Below are positions 27,101-38,469 of a stretch of DNA of 64,000 nucleotides, piece by piece (within the stretch, counting starts at the first letter, position 1; each line of letters starts with the position of its first letter). The stretch is from Podarcis filfolensis (Eukaryota): the NCBI GenBank assembly GCA_964270895.1, contig OZ185435.1; one strand, given 5' to 3'. The position numbers and the translations under genes were made by a program. The notes beneath the pieces were generated by a model. That model was not told where the DNA came from. It saw only the letters and a list, made by a program, of their open reading frames with translations, and did not search any database.

Positions 27101-30100
27101 CTGTTGACGTGGCGGGTGATGTCGTTCTGGATGTAGCCGCTGTAGTCACAGAGCGGGCAAAAGTGGGTGGGCTTCTTCTCGTGGACCCGCAGGCGGTGGA
27201 TGCGCAGCTTGGAGTTGGTACCGAAAGTCTGGCCGCAGGTGGGGCAGGCAATGCGGCCCACGCCCGTGTGCAAGGACTGGTGCGCATCCAGCCGGTAGCG
27301 CCGGGTGGTGCTGAACTCGCAGTAAGGGCACTTGTGGGGCTTCTCGCCCTCGTGCTTGATGCGCACGTGCTGGCGCAGGCAGCGCACCTGCTTGCAGGTG
27401 AAGTCACACTGGCGGCAGGCCAGCTGCGGCCGGCTGCTGTAGTACTTGCGGTGGAGTTTGCGGTGCAGTCGGAGCGCTGCCGCAGCCTTGGAGGTGAAGG
27501 GGCACAGCGTGCAGCGGAACTCGCCCAGCTTCAGGCAGCCCCGCTTCTTGTGGGTCTTCAGGGCACGTTCCTGATGGCACGTGAAGGGGCAGGAGGGACA
27601 GGAGAAGTGCCGCTTCTTGTGTGTAGCCACAGGGCGGGGACAGCTTGCTCCCGCTGGCTCATTGGCCTTACCCATCTCCTTACAGATGATTTGTCCATTT
27701 GCTTGCTGATCTCCGCCCTCTGAGTCCACCGTGCGCTTGGTCCTTTCTAGCAGCCGGGTGGGATGAGCTTCAACGTGCCCCTCCAACTGGTGGATCTTAA
27801 CGGCCCTCTTGGAACGGAACGGCTTAGAGCACAAAGGGCAGCAGAACTGCTCTGAGCCACGGCAGCCGTCCTCTACGTGGGAGCGGATGGTGGACACCCG
27901 CGAACAGGCAAAAGAACAGGCTTTGCAGTGGAACTTGCTCTGCTCCACATAGTATTTCTCCAAGGGATTGCTAGCTGTGTCAGCGGTAGCTCCTGGCAAC
28001 TGTTCTTCTACCATGGTTTCAGGGACATCCTGAGATGGCTTCTCTTGCAAACTGATGGCCAAGGACTGTGTGTTGGGAAGGACAGCGGCCGTAGACTCAG
28101 CATTCACAGGCCTCAGTTCTGCATCCCAGGAAGCCTTTTGAAGCTTGCTCACCTCCTCGTCCGGGGTTCCTGTCCCATTCTTCTTAGCCTCCGCTATTTC
28201 CAGGCTCTTGCCATTGGGCTGTACCACAGCAGGCTGGTCTAAGCAGGCTGCTTTCCCGCCAGTCTTCTTCACGAGGGCCGGACATTTCTTAAGGAGGTGG
28301 GTATTCAGGCCTCTCTGCTGCTTGAAAATGGCCCCACACTCCTGGCACACCAAGGGGCATTTCCTTCCCTGACAGCCAGCTTTGCAGTGCACCAGCATTG
28401 ACTTCTCCTTCCTGGTGATGTAAGAGCATTTCTCGCACTTGAAGACGCGGCTCTCAGACTGAACCACCAACATCTGCACCCTGCCTTCCAGGACCAGGGT
28501 TTCCGCTTGCTCCTTGTCCTGCCTCCTTAGAGCTTTCAGCACAGATTCTGAATCGGAGCCTTCTTCAGAGGGAGGAAGCATATCTTCCGGGGCAAGGAGA
28601 GTCTCATGGCCTGTAACAGGTTGAAGAGAATCTTGCTTTGACCCCTTTGGCCAAGCTTCCTGTATACTGGGTTCTTTGCACCCCAATCCCTGCTCAAGTT
28701 CAGAGTCCTGCCCATCACCCTTACTGTCCCCCAGATCCTGCTGAGCATCTTTTTTGTTCTCTTCAACAGTCCTTGACCCAGCACCTTTCTCCAGCTCCAT
28801 CTCTCTGTCCTCATGGACCTCTGCCTCCTCCTCAAAGTCAGGGATGTCGTCAAGAGCAGATTCACTGTCCTCCAGGAGGAGGGAGTCCTTGGAACCTAAT
28901 GCTTCATAGGCCGATTCCACCTCCTTACAATTCTGGGCCACCCCACTGTCTGGCATTGCTGCGGGCATCTCCTCAACCAGCTGCTCTGGGTCAGAGCTGC
29001 ACAGGGTCTCCAGATGCAGTGTGCAAGTCGGAAGGGGCTTCCCAATACTGTCCGATTCCCCTGAGCCCTTAGGAAAGGCTTTGGTTGAGAGTTCCTCTGA
29101 AGGGGCTGCATCTGTCTTACTATGGTCTTGCTCTCCCACCACTTCCTCTCTCCCGGTCTCAGCATTGCCTTCACTCCCAAAGAGAGACATGATGAAAGTC
29201 TCCTGGGGGCCATCCTCCTCCTGGACCTCTGAAACAAGGGCCTTGGTTTTGTCATGCCTCCTGGAGAGGGAGGGACTGGGCTCAGCATGGAGGGTCATGG
29301 CCAGGTTGTAACTGAGCAGCACCTCCGTCGAGGTGACCTCCAGCTCCTTGCTGGCATAGTTCTCCTGCCAGCCCTTGTCACCGGGCACATAGCCGTGGAC
29401 CTTGCGCTTGTGGAAGAAAAGGCTGGTATTGCTGAAGGTGCGGTAAGGGCACAGGGCGCAACGGAACTCCCTCTGCTTGGTGTGCTTGCAGTTCTCGTGG
29501 TTGAGCAGGGCTTGCTTGTATTTGGTCTGGTAGCTGCAGTACTGACACTGGAAGACGGGAGACTGGTAGTTCTGGGAGTGTTTCGCTTGCATGTGCTTCT
29601 GCAGCTCATACTTGCGCTTGCAAGCAAAGCCACACACCTCGCAGATCAAGGACTTGCCCTGGTGGCGCAGCTTGTGGCTGCTCAGCTGGTCGGCCCGGTG
29701 GCAGCGGTAGGAACACTGGTTACACTGATACCTGGTTGCACACAAAACAAGAGTGGGTCAAGGCCGGGGAAGGAGAAAGGCCTCAGCTCTGCATACGGAT
29801 TACTTCCTGATACAGGAAACAAGCCAGGGGAAGGGGAAGGGGGTCTCTCAGTACCTCAGATCTCCCGTGTGCTTCCGCATGTGAACATTCAGGTAGTGCT
29901 TCCACTTTGTCACATAGCCACACTCGGTGCACATGTAGTTCTTGTCGTCAGAGTGGGTCAGCATATGCTTGGAAAGGTAGCTCACGTCTCGGCAAGTGAA
30001 GTCGCACAGCTGGCATTTGTGAGGCTTCTCTCCTAAAGTCACAGAGCAAACTGGAAGCTGTAGATTGACAGTCCTGCCTGCAGTGCCCCTTGAGGGCAGC

Positions 30101-33100
30101 AGATTTTCAATTTAAAATGAGGCCCTACTTTGCCCTGCCCCACAAAAAACCCCAAAATAAATGGTAGCACTTCCTTCCCACAGCATATTGCTTTACTGTC
30201 ACTGCATATGGATGCCGCCCAGGTTTTAACCATGTGTGGCACTGCCCTCAAGTAAGCATTAACAAGCAACAAGCATGCCTTCCCACAGTGCAAGTGTAGA
30301 GGTGAGTGGCAATGATCCCATTGGCTAAGCAGCAATCCCTGCCTCTTTCTCACTCCAAAGCAGGGAGGAAAGCTAGGGCTGCTTGGCCGCTGCATCACCA
30401 TGGCACTGCAAGTGCCTTCGCCATGCAGGGCCACAAACTGGAAAGTCCTTCTCCGCGTTTCTGCCCTTTGCTTGCCAGACCTTCCTGATCTGGAGGGGCT
30501 TGCTGGGAGGTTGGGGTGGGCAGGTAAATGCAACAGTGCTCTAAGTGCCTTCACCTAGCTGCATCCAAGGCTGCTAGCTGGGAAAAGGAAAGGCTGGGGG
30601 GAAATTGCAACTAAAATGGGGAATGGGCTGCCAAAAATTGCAAACTCCAACAAAAGTCTAGTCAGGGAATCTAACTTTCTACTGAAGACTGTTGAACTCT
30701 ATAACCAGAACTGAAATTCTGTTATCAGACTAAAGTTCGGAAATCTGGCAAATATGCCTAAATTTTACTAAAGAATCTCAATCCCTTTCCAGTACAGAAT
30801 CTAGGTCTTTCAACAAGAGGTGTGGGGCAGAACCTGGCCCCAGAAGGCCAGGATTTTGTACAGGAAGAACAAGTCTAACCTAAGCTGACATGTTCCAGAG
30901 CTTCCCTAGGAGTCCCCATGCAGGGAAGCAAACTTGCCTGTGTGGAGCAGCATGTGGCGGATGAGGACCCTCTTGTGTGCCGTGGCGAAGTTGCACTCGG
31001 TGCACTTGTGGATCTTCTCACTGGCGTGCATCTTGCCCACATGGTCGTGGAATTCCACAGAGTTGAATGTGGCAAAGGGGCAGAAGCTGCACTGGAGCTG
31101 CTCGCTCCCCGGGTGGCCTTGCTTCTTATGCTTGCGGAAGACGTGCTTGTTGGAGCAGATGAAGTCGCACTGCTGGCAGTGGAAGGCGTAGTGCGTCTTG
31201 CGATGCGCTTCCATGACCTCCGCGGTGGGGAAGAGCAGGGAGCAGGCATAGTACTTGCACTCCACCGCTTTGATGTAGTGCGCCTCCCTGACATGCCGCA
31301 GGAAGTCCTTGCGGTCCTCTGTGCAGTAGCTGCAGTCGGCCTGGAAGCAGCTCAGCTGCTTGGGCTCTGCCTTGTGGGTCTTCAGGTGCTCCTTGAGGGC
31401 ATGGCTGAGCTTGAATGTCTCCTTGCACACAGGACAGGAGTAGACGTCCGAGTAGAAGTTGGAGATGTCCTCGTGCATGCTGGCCATGTGCCTGTTGAGG
31501 GCATTCTTCTCTACAGAGCTGTAGTGGCACAGCGGGCAGCGGTGGGCCTTCTCCCCGTTCTCACGCATCATGTGGATCTTCAGCTTGCTCTTGCTGGTGA
31601 AGAACTTCTGGCAGTTTGGGCACTGCAGCCTGGGGTCAGGGAAGTGGAGGTGAAGGTGTTCCACCAGGTGAGTCCGCTTCTTGAAGCAACGCTTGCACTC
31701 CGGACACATGTGGGTCTTGAACAGGTATTTGGAGTCCTCAACCGCACCTTCTGCAATGAGAGAAGCATGCCTTAAGTGCAGAGGAATGAATAAAAGGGCC
31801 TTTGGTCATGCTCCAGAAGTCTATTTTGCCTGCCTCTCATCTCTAGCAATAACAGTTGCTCCGAACTGCAATCTCTTCTCATGTTCTCTCTACCCTACAA
31901 TAAAAAATTATTGCAATGGCCTATAACAATAGAGGGTTTTTTTTTACAGATATAAAATTTATCTAAAAACCCCACCCTATGCTTAAGAGCTTCTAGTAGG
32001 TCAGGAGATTTAGGGATAATTGGGAATCAGTTAGCACCCACTGGAGAATAGCCATTGCATTCAATGCTCCACCCCATTCCAAAGAAAAGAAAGCATCACA
32101 AATAGATTTCCAAGCAGAAGTGGGAACTAATGTGTGAAGTAGTTTGCCTCTGAACTCAGGAAAGAAAACAACCAGTTCAGGCAGGGAGACCCTCTTCAAA
32201 TATAGGGCATGCTGTAATATGCCTGTGCATTTGCTGTTTGGCAAAGCTTTTCTAAGAAATGCCAGAAACTGTACTGCTCGCAAATGAATGCAAGTCTCTA
32301 CCTTCGATCAGCTGAGCCTTAGTTCTTTTAGAAGATGCTTTCTTCTCAAAGCTCTCCTTCTCCACCACCACCACCTCCTCCTCCTCCTGAAATTCATCCC
32401 CTGTGTCTTCCTTGGGTCCTGAGTCCTCAGGAGGCACATGACTGCTACCAACATGTGCCCCCAGGCCAGGCTCCATTTCAGTCACATCCCAACCACTCTG
32501 AACTTCCAAGCAATTCTCAGCCTTGCTTAGTGGTTCTTCCCTTCCTTGGAAAGAAAATGAAATATAAACCAGGGACTCCATTTTTTAATAGAGAAAAGGC
32601 TTGAGGTGAGCAAATGATAACATGCAAATAAATGCATATTGAGAACCAGGCAAAGGGAAGTGGAACAGGAACTAGAAAAGAGGGTTAAAAGTAAGACACA
32701 TAAAAAGTGGAAATAAGACCTTCATGGTTTGACAGAGAGGAGGATTAAACTTTGGGCGTTTTCAAAGGGAGAGCTGCTCTCGGCTACTGCATTCCCCCAA
32801 CTTTCCCACCGTTTCAAATCTCTTTCCCTGCCATGGTTCACCATTCAGAATCTACCACCATCTTTTCATGCTATAATTTTCCACATCCACAAATAATATC
32901 ATTCCACAAAGCCGGCTGACTAATGGAGCTTCACCCCTTTACCTCTGCCTATGGCACTGTCTCTAAGTGAAGTGGAAGCTGTCACAAGTGAGTTAAGAGA
33001 TCCCTAGGATCCAGTGGGTTTTTTAAGAAGTAGGTGGCTGGCATCACTCCAAAGCATTCCCCCTTCTGCCCACCCTAGTCTCTTCCTCAGCCCCAAGTAC

Positions 33101-35521
33101 CTGATGTTAGAAGCAGATGATGGGCGAGCCGCTTCCCCACTATGGCAGTGAAGCTGTGCTCAGTGCTCTCAGCGACTGCTCCCGTCTCCAGCGCTGCCTC
33201 CACATCCTGCTGTGTGGCCTCCTGCAGATGGCTGTGTCGGTGCTGCCCAAACTGCTTGGTGTTGCCGCTGATGAAGTCACAGCGCCTACAGTGAAACGGG
33301 AAGTGGCTTCTGCGGTGAAGGTCCATGTCCTCTCGACTTCGGAACAAGAGCGAGCAGCCACGGTAGGTGCAGGTGACTGGGCACACCTGGTGGACGTGCC
33401 GCAGGTGCCCCCGGAGTTGCTTGCGATCCTCCGAGCTGAAATGACAGCCTTCTTCAAAGCACACTTGGGGACCTGTAGGTTTTTGGTGGTCCCTGAAATG
33501 CTCCTTCAGCTCAGTGGGCAAGGCAAACTCTACCTGGCAAACAGGGCACAAGAGGGGATCGGTACAGAATTCAGGGTCCTGCCTGCTTGTATCCAGCAAG
33601 CCCTGCGCTTGTGCCTCGTGGACTGCCGACTGCTCTCCAGAGACAGCCAGGCTCTGGCTTGTAAGGCCCAGTGGTAGCTCTTGGAGCTGAGGGATGCTTG
33701 CAAGTTGTCCTCTGGGAAGCTCAATGCACTGATGCTGGGAAAGCAGGCCCGGGTCAGAGAAGCTCTGCCCACACCGTTCACAGAAATAGAGCTCCACAAC
33801 TTTGACCAAGACCTCTGTAAGGAGATATTTAAAAAACAGCTGAGAATAAGGTAGAAAAAAATCCACACACACCTACCTCATGCTTCAGTTCAAATTTCGT
33901 CCAAGGCAAAAATTACTAAAAATTGTGTCAGCTTACAGGCAAGGATTCTCCAAAGCTCTGTCACAGCCATCAGCATAAAGGTGGAGAGTCATCTATAAGA
34001 ACTGTTATCAGAACACAGGATTCAATTCAAATGGGTTGGAGCGGGGGGGGGACGGGACTCTCCATGCTTCAGGTGTCTAGAACTACACCCAAACATTTTC
34101 ACGGGAAAAGATCATCAGTTTTGATTTGAAGGAGGGCAATGGTAGGACCATTGCTTATTTTTCAAACATGTCCCTTACTATCCTGTCTCAGTGTGTACCA
34201 CCTATATGAATCTTGCCTCCTAAATTCCTTTACAAGATCACTGTAAAAGACATCTGAAGGCAGCCCTGTTTAGGGAAGTTTTTAATATTTAATGCTGTAT
34301 TGTTTTTAACACTTGATTGGGAGCCACCCAGCGTGGCTGGGGAAACTCAGCCAGATGGGCGGGGTATAAATAATAAATTATTATTATTATGCCAATCACT
34401 CCCTTGTAATCTTCCAACTCCTCAACACCTAAGCCCCCTTCCCACATGCCACCACCTAAACATCCCTGTAAGTGGTGTCTTCTCCTTTATTAAACATCCT
34501 ACCCTACTTTGCTGTAAATATGGTACCCTGCAAATCCTATGCTCTTGATGTGTCAAAACTGCAGACCTCAAAGAACATAGTAAGGCCTCTGGTCCTTATA
34601 TTCCACAGCATTAGTCCAATACTTATCACCATGACATTGAAGGGTAGCTCCCATAAGCAGCCTTATGCAGGTGCAGCAAACAGATCCACAGTAAGCTTCA
34701 TGTCTATTGCAAGCTCAGCAATATCCCATCAGATACAATGAAAATAAATCCCTGCCTCCTCCTATTAGGCAAATACACCTTGCACCTTTTCCATCTCAGC
34801 TGCTCACAGTACCTCAAGCAAATCTAGCCACAGTCATAGCTTATCTTGGTGACTTGCTGGACAATTGATAATAACAAGGACCCAGGAACCCCGATCAGAA
34901 CACAATCTCCATTCTCTCCACTCCTAGAACAGATAACAGAATATGGCAGATATCCCTTCTCCCAGATAACAGATGTACAAACCTCACCCTCATTATTTCT
35001 TGCATTTATTTGCTGCTGACTACTTAAAATGTCTCAAAGCAACTTACAATTACAGAATACAGCATCAGGTGCAGAAAAGCCAGGCTTTCTTTCACAGGTC
35101 TCTTGGCCTTTTGTACCATACCTAAGATCCTAAGGCTTCTTTCTGCTGCTCCTTTAGAATACAAATGCTACATGACAGAAACCACTCACACTAAAAGTTG
35201 ACAGTGACAAAGTGGTTCACTCTTACATGGTTACGAAGACCTATCAGGGCACAACATACCTGTAGTGCTGCCAGGATTGCTGAGGGACATGCTGCTAGTC
35301 ACGGCTTCTACAAATATTTCAACACCAGCAGTTTCTGTTCCTACCACAGAAGCCTCTGTTAAAAGCAAGCTTTGTCCCACCACTAAGTTCTCACTGGAGA
35401 TGCCATGGTTGTTCTCATTTCCTGCATCTGTTGAGCCGGGTAGCAAGAGCTCCTGGCATAGTGCGTTCATCTTGTCTCCTCCCACAGGTTCCGTTGTAAC
35501 TGCTCCTGTGCTCATTGTCAT
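24188..35521 (-). CDS. ZNF142: Multi-C2H2 zinc finger protein 142, 8 coding exons, about 2004 aa
   Basis: Exons (minus) 35521-35260, 33814-33101, 32544-32302, 31750-30938, 30032-29855, 29731-26521, 25751-25646, 24675-24188. All phases are compatible and sum to 6015 nt. Many C2H2 fingers with HTGEKP-like linkers. The position between PLCD4 and BCS1L matches ZNF142 synteny. Confidence 0.9.
34240..34392 (+). mobile_element. L2-like LINE 3' tail
   Basis: gacatctgaaggcagccctgtttaggga...gggagccacccagcgtggctggggaaactcagccagatgggcggggtataaataataaattattattat. Confidence 0.65.
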
Positions 35522-35819
35522 TCACTCCTCAGTGTAGCCTTGCACCATGACATAAAGTGGGGTACAGCTCCTGTCAAAAACATAGCAAGAAAATGGTACC
35601 ATTGCTTTTCTGAAGAGAAGCAACCAAGGATTAAGTTTTTCAAAATAAATGAGTATGGGGTGGTTTTGTAATGCCCAATATTAACTATTTCTACGATTAA
35701 CAAAACTTCCAGAAAAAATGAAGAGCACTGCCCATTTAGAATTAAAAGTCCTGTCAGCTTCTGCCAAACTTTCGCCCACTGTTGTTCCCCTGTAAATGGT
35801 ATTTAGAAACATGATATCC

Positions 35820-36125
35820 CTGTACCTAGAGGCAAAATATAGCCATCACACCTAGAAGCCACTAATAGCCTTATTGTCTGTGAATTTGTCTAGCTCCCTT
35901 TTTAAAGTAACACGAACTAGTGGCTACCACTATATACTGTGGCAGTGAGTTCCATACCTTAATTACACACTGTATAAAGAAGTCCTTCCTTCTGTATATC
36001 CTGAATCTCCTATCCTTCAGCTCCGTTAGATGACCCCAGGCTCCAGTATTAGGAGGGAAGGAGAAAAGTATGGTTCTGTTTGCCTTCTCTACACCATGCA
36101 TCGTTTTATACACATCTTACCATAT
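35820..36125 (-). mobile_element. CR1 LINE ORF2 C-terminal fragment
   Basis: ORF 35871-36113 reads MYKTMHGVEK...GH...RFRIYRRKDFFIQCVIKVWNSLPQ...FKKG, matching the CR1 ORF2 C-terminus. Confidence 0.8.
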
Positions 36126-36256
36126 CCCCTCTCCTGCATGTTTTTGGATAGCAGCTGGCAAGTGATCCTAACTAGCTGGGGTAAAGCAGCCCTGCAGGAT
36201 TCTAGCCACCTGACTGGGTGGTGAAGCGGGCTTTAAGACAATGAGGCTGAACTTAC

Positions 36257-36344
36257 ACACCCGGTTTCCTCTCCTCCTCCTGGTGGGCTTCTTCTGCAGC
36301 CGTTCAGGCTCCCAGTGCCAGGCGTGGGCCATCTTTACTGCTCT
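36257..36344 (-). other. Probable 5'-UTR exon of ZNF142 carrying a uORF start
   Basis: On minus: acceptor ttcccttgcacttcag, donor GTAAGT, and an internal AAAGATGG in strong Kozak context. Confidence 0.55.
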
Positions 36345-36879
36345 CTGAAGTGCAAGGGAAGAGAAAGAGAGAGAAAAACACGGCTATTTTAAGGGAAAGG
36401 ATGAACGAGGATGCCTGAGGCAGAATGGCCAGTAACCAACTCCAGGGCTCAGCTTAGCCCTGTGGGGGCCCCTTTCTTTTCAGGCCATGACCCGCCCGCC
36501 CCAACCCCATTACAAAGCACACATACAACAGCATTAGAGGGCCAATGAGTCTCTGGGAGCACCTTTTGCCTTCCTTGCACCCCTGTGAGACATAGCTGTC
36601 AACGTTTCCCTTTTTTTAAGGGAAATTCCCTTATTCCGAATAGGATTCCTCGCAAGAAAAGGGAAAAGTTGACAGCTATGCTGTGAGAGTCTTGGTGGGC
36701 CCACCCAAGTCAACTCACCACCGGGCACCTCCTTCCCTTTCCCTCTTTGGCTTGCTTGCCCACCACCTTCCTAGGCCAACGAGGAGCCCCACAGCCCCTC
36801 CCCAATTAAAACAAAACAAAAGCTCTTCCTTTCACTTCTCCCCCCCCCCCCCAGGAAGAGCGAGACTCATCCCCCTCCC

Positions 36880-37700
36880 CCCTTTGTGCCGCCCAGAGCC
36901 CGCTCCCACCCCGCAACTCTATGGTAACTGCTAAATGACGTTCCAGGACCAGAGGCGGCACCATAAAGGAAAGCTTTCCAGAGCGACTTCCAGGGATTGC
37001 CGTAACCGCTTTAAAGGGGTTAATCTTCACCTCGCAATCCAGAACCCAGGCAAGCAGGCAAATGGTTGGGTTGGCGCGACCGCGAAGGAAAAAATATAGA
37101 CACGTAACGCTCCCTCAGGGACCATAGAGTGCCGGAAAACGCGTCCGCTCTGCTGTCACATATAAGCACAGGAAATGCCGACTTCGGTCCAACTTCCGCC
37201 TTCTGAAGCTGGGGGTTATCGTAGAGATAGAAAAAGGTGAGAGTTGCATACTATCCTTATCGTAACTTCTGATTTAGGATCGAATTCTTGTCCCTACTGC
37301 AAGATAGAGGATTCACCCCGAAGATGTCAAAACAACTGTCATTATGCATTTGTAGAGAATCAACATCAAAGGATACTTATGCTAATATACATTTATAAGT
37401 TTATACATTTACAGTATAAGTTTACTGTAACGCTTTTCATATCTCTATATCTAGGGGGACGATGGAGTAGAGAAAAGAATTGTTTCCGGTCAAAAGAACC
37501 ATAGAGAAAAGCAAGGCAAGAGAGGCGCTACCCGGAGGTGAGGTCTTTAATGCGTGGAGAGCGTGTTCCACTCTGCGGGTGTTGTTCCTTTATGCCGGGC
37601 GTGTGGAAGGGGGCACGAAGGAAAGGACCTTCTTGATGCTATGGGGGCGATTAAGTGCTGCAAGAGAAAAGGGCGGCGGGTTCAGACGATTCTCCTTTCG
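36880..37700. promoter_or_regulatory. CpG-rich bidirectional promoter ZNF142/BCS1L
   Basis: Local CpG enrichment. ETS/GABP-like cores ACTTCCG (37192-37198) and CCGGAA (about 37132). Candidate first-exon donors on minus at 37030 (GAG|GTGAAG) and on plus near 37537 (GAG|GTGAGG). Confidence 0.7.
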
Positions 37701-38469
37701 AGACAGGAAACTGAGCCTGAGACCCTGCATCATTTCAGCCGGGAATCAGTTCCATTAGACTCAATGGGACTTAACCCCATAGAGAGGTTTCCTCCTCAGC
37801 ATCGCACCCCTTTTAAAAGTGTGGAGAAAAGTATTATAAATCTTCCTATCTCTAGTCGTGGTAGGCAAATGTTTGCAAACCAGCAACCAACATTTGGGCT
37901 GTGGCTGACTTTCCAAAAAGACACACACACAAGTAATGAAATTGTTCAGAGAGCATCTTTTCAGTTTCTACTTTCCACAAATGCTATTGGAAATAAACAT
38001 CAAGCTCCACAGAGCAGACAAAATGCTAACTCACAAACAGAAGAAATTCAAAGTGATTATGAGCTGCAAAACATGATTGATCTACTATTTGGCGCCCATG
38101 TATTTGGCGGAGTAACTAGTTGCTGAGTTATGTTTCTCAAATACCGGTAACTAGCTTTCTGGGCCACACAACAAGCTACTTTTGAGTGACCTTTCAAAAT
38201 TTGATTGTGGTAGCATGGGGAGGAGGTCTGCCCAAGAAATCAAAAACTTCATTGGGCATGCCTAAGCATTTGAGCTAGAAAGGGGCAGTCCAAATTGAGC
38301 AACTTCCGTATGATAAAGAACTACAATGGTGGGGGTGGGGGGGAACGTTAGTTCAGGGAAAAAAACAGGTAAAGGGGACCATGTTATATAAAATTATGCA
38401 TGATGTGGAGAAAGCAGATAGAATTCCTAGTTAAGAAGACTCCTTCCCCATTCAGTTCAATTCAAAGTA

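Noticed and set aside
26560-31775. Long plus-strand ORFs (161, 221, 260 and 285 aa, plus 216 aa at 24227-24877) antisense to ZNF142
   Set aside because: They are shadow ORFs of GC3-rich zinc-finger codons, confined to the coding exons and without recognisable domains.
35871-36113. 80-aa ORF as a ZNF142 exon or novel small protein
   Set aside because: It matches the C-terminus of CR1 LINE ORF2.
37554-38126. 190-aa plus-strand ORF in the BCS1L 5' region
   Set aside because: GTG start, no domain similarity, and it crosses from the CpG island into AT-rich intron, so it is probably chance.
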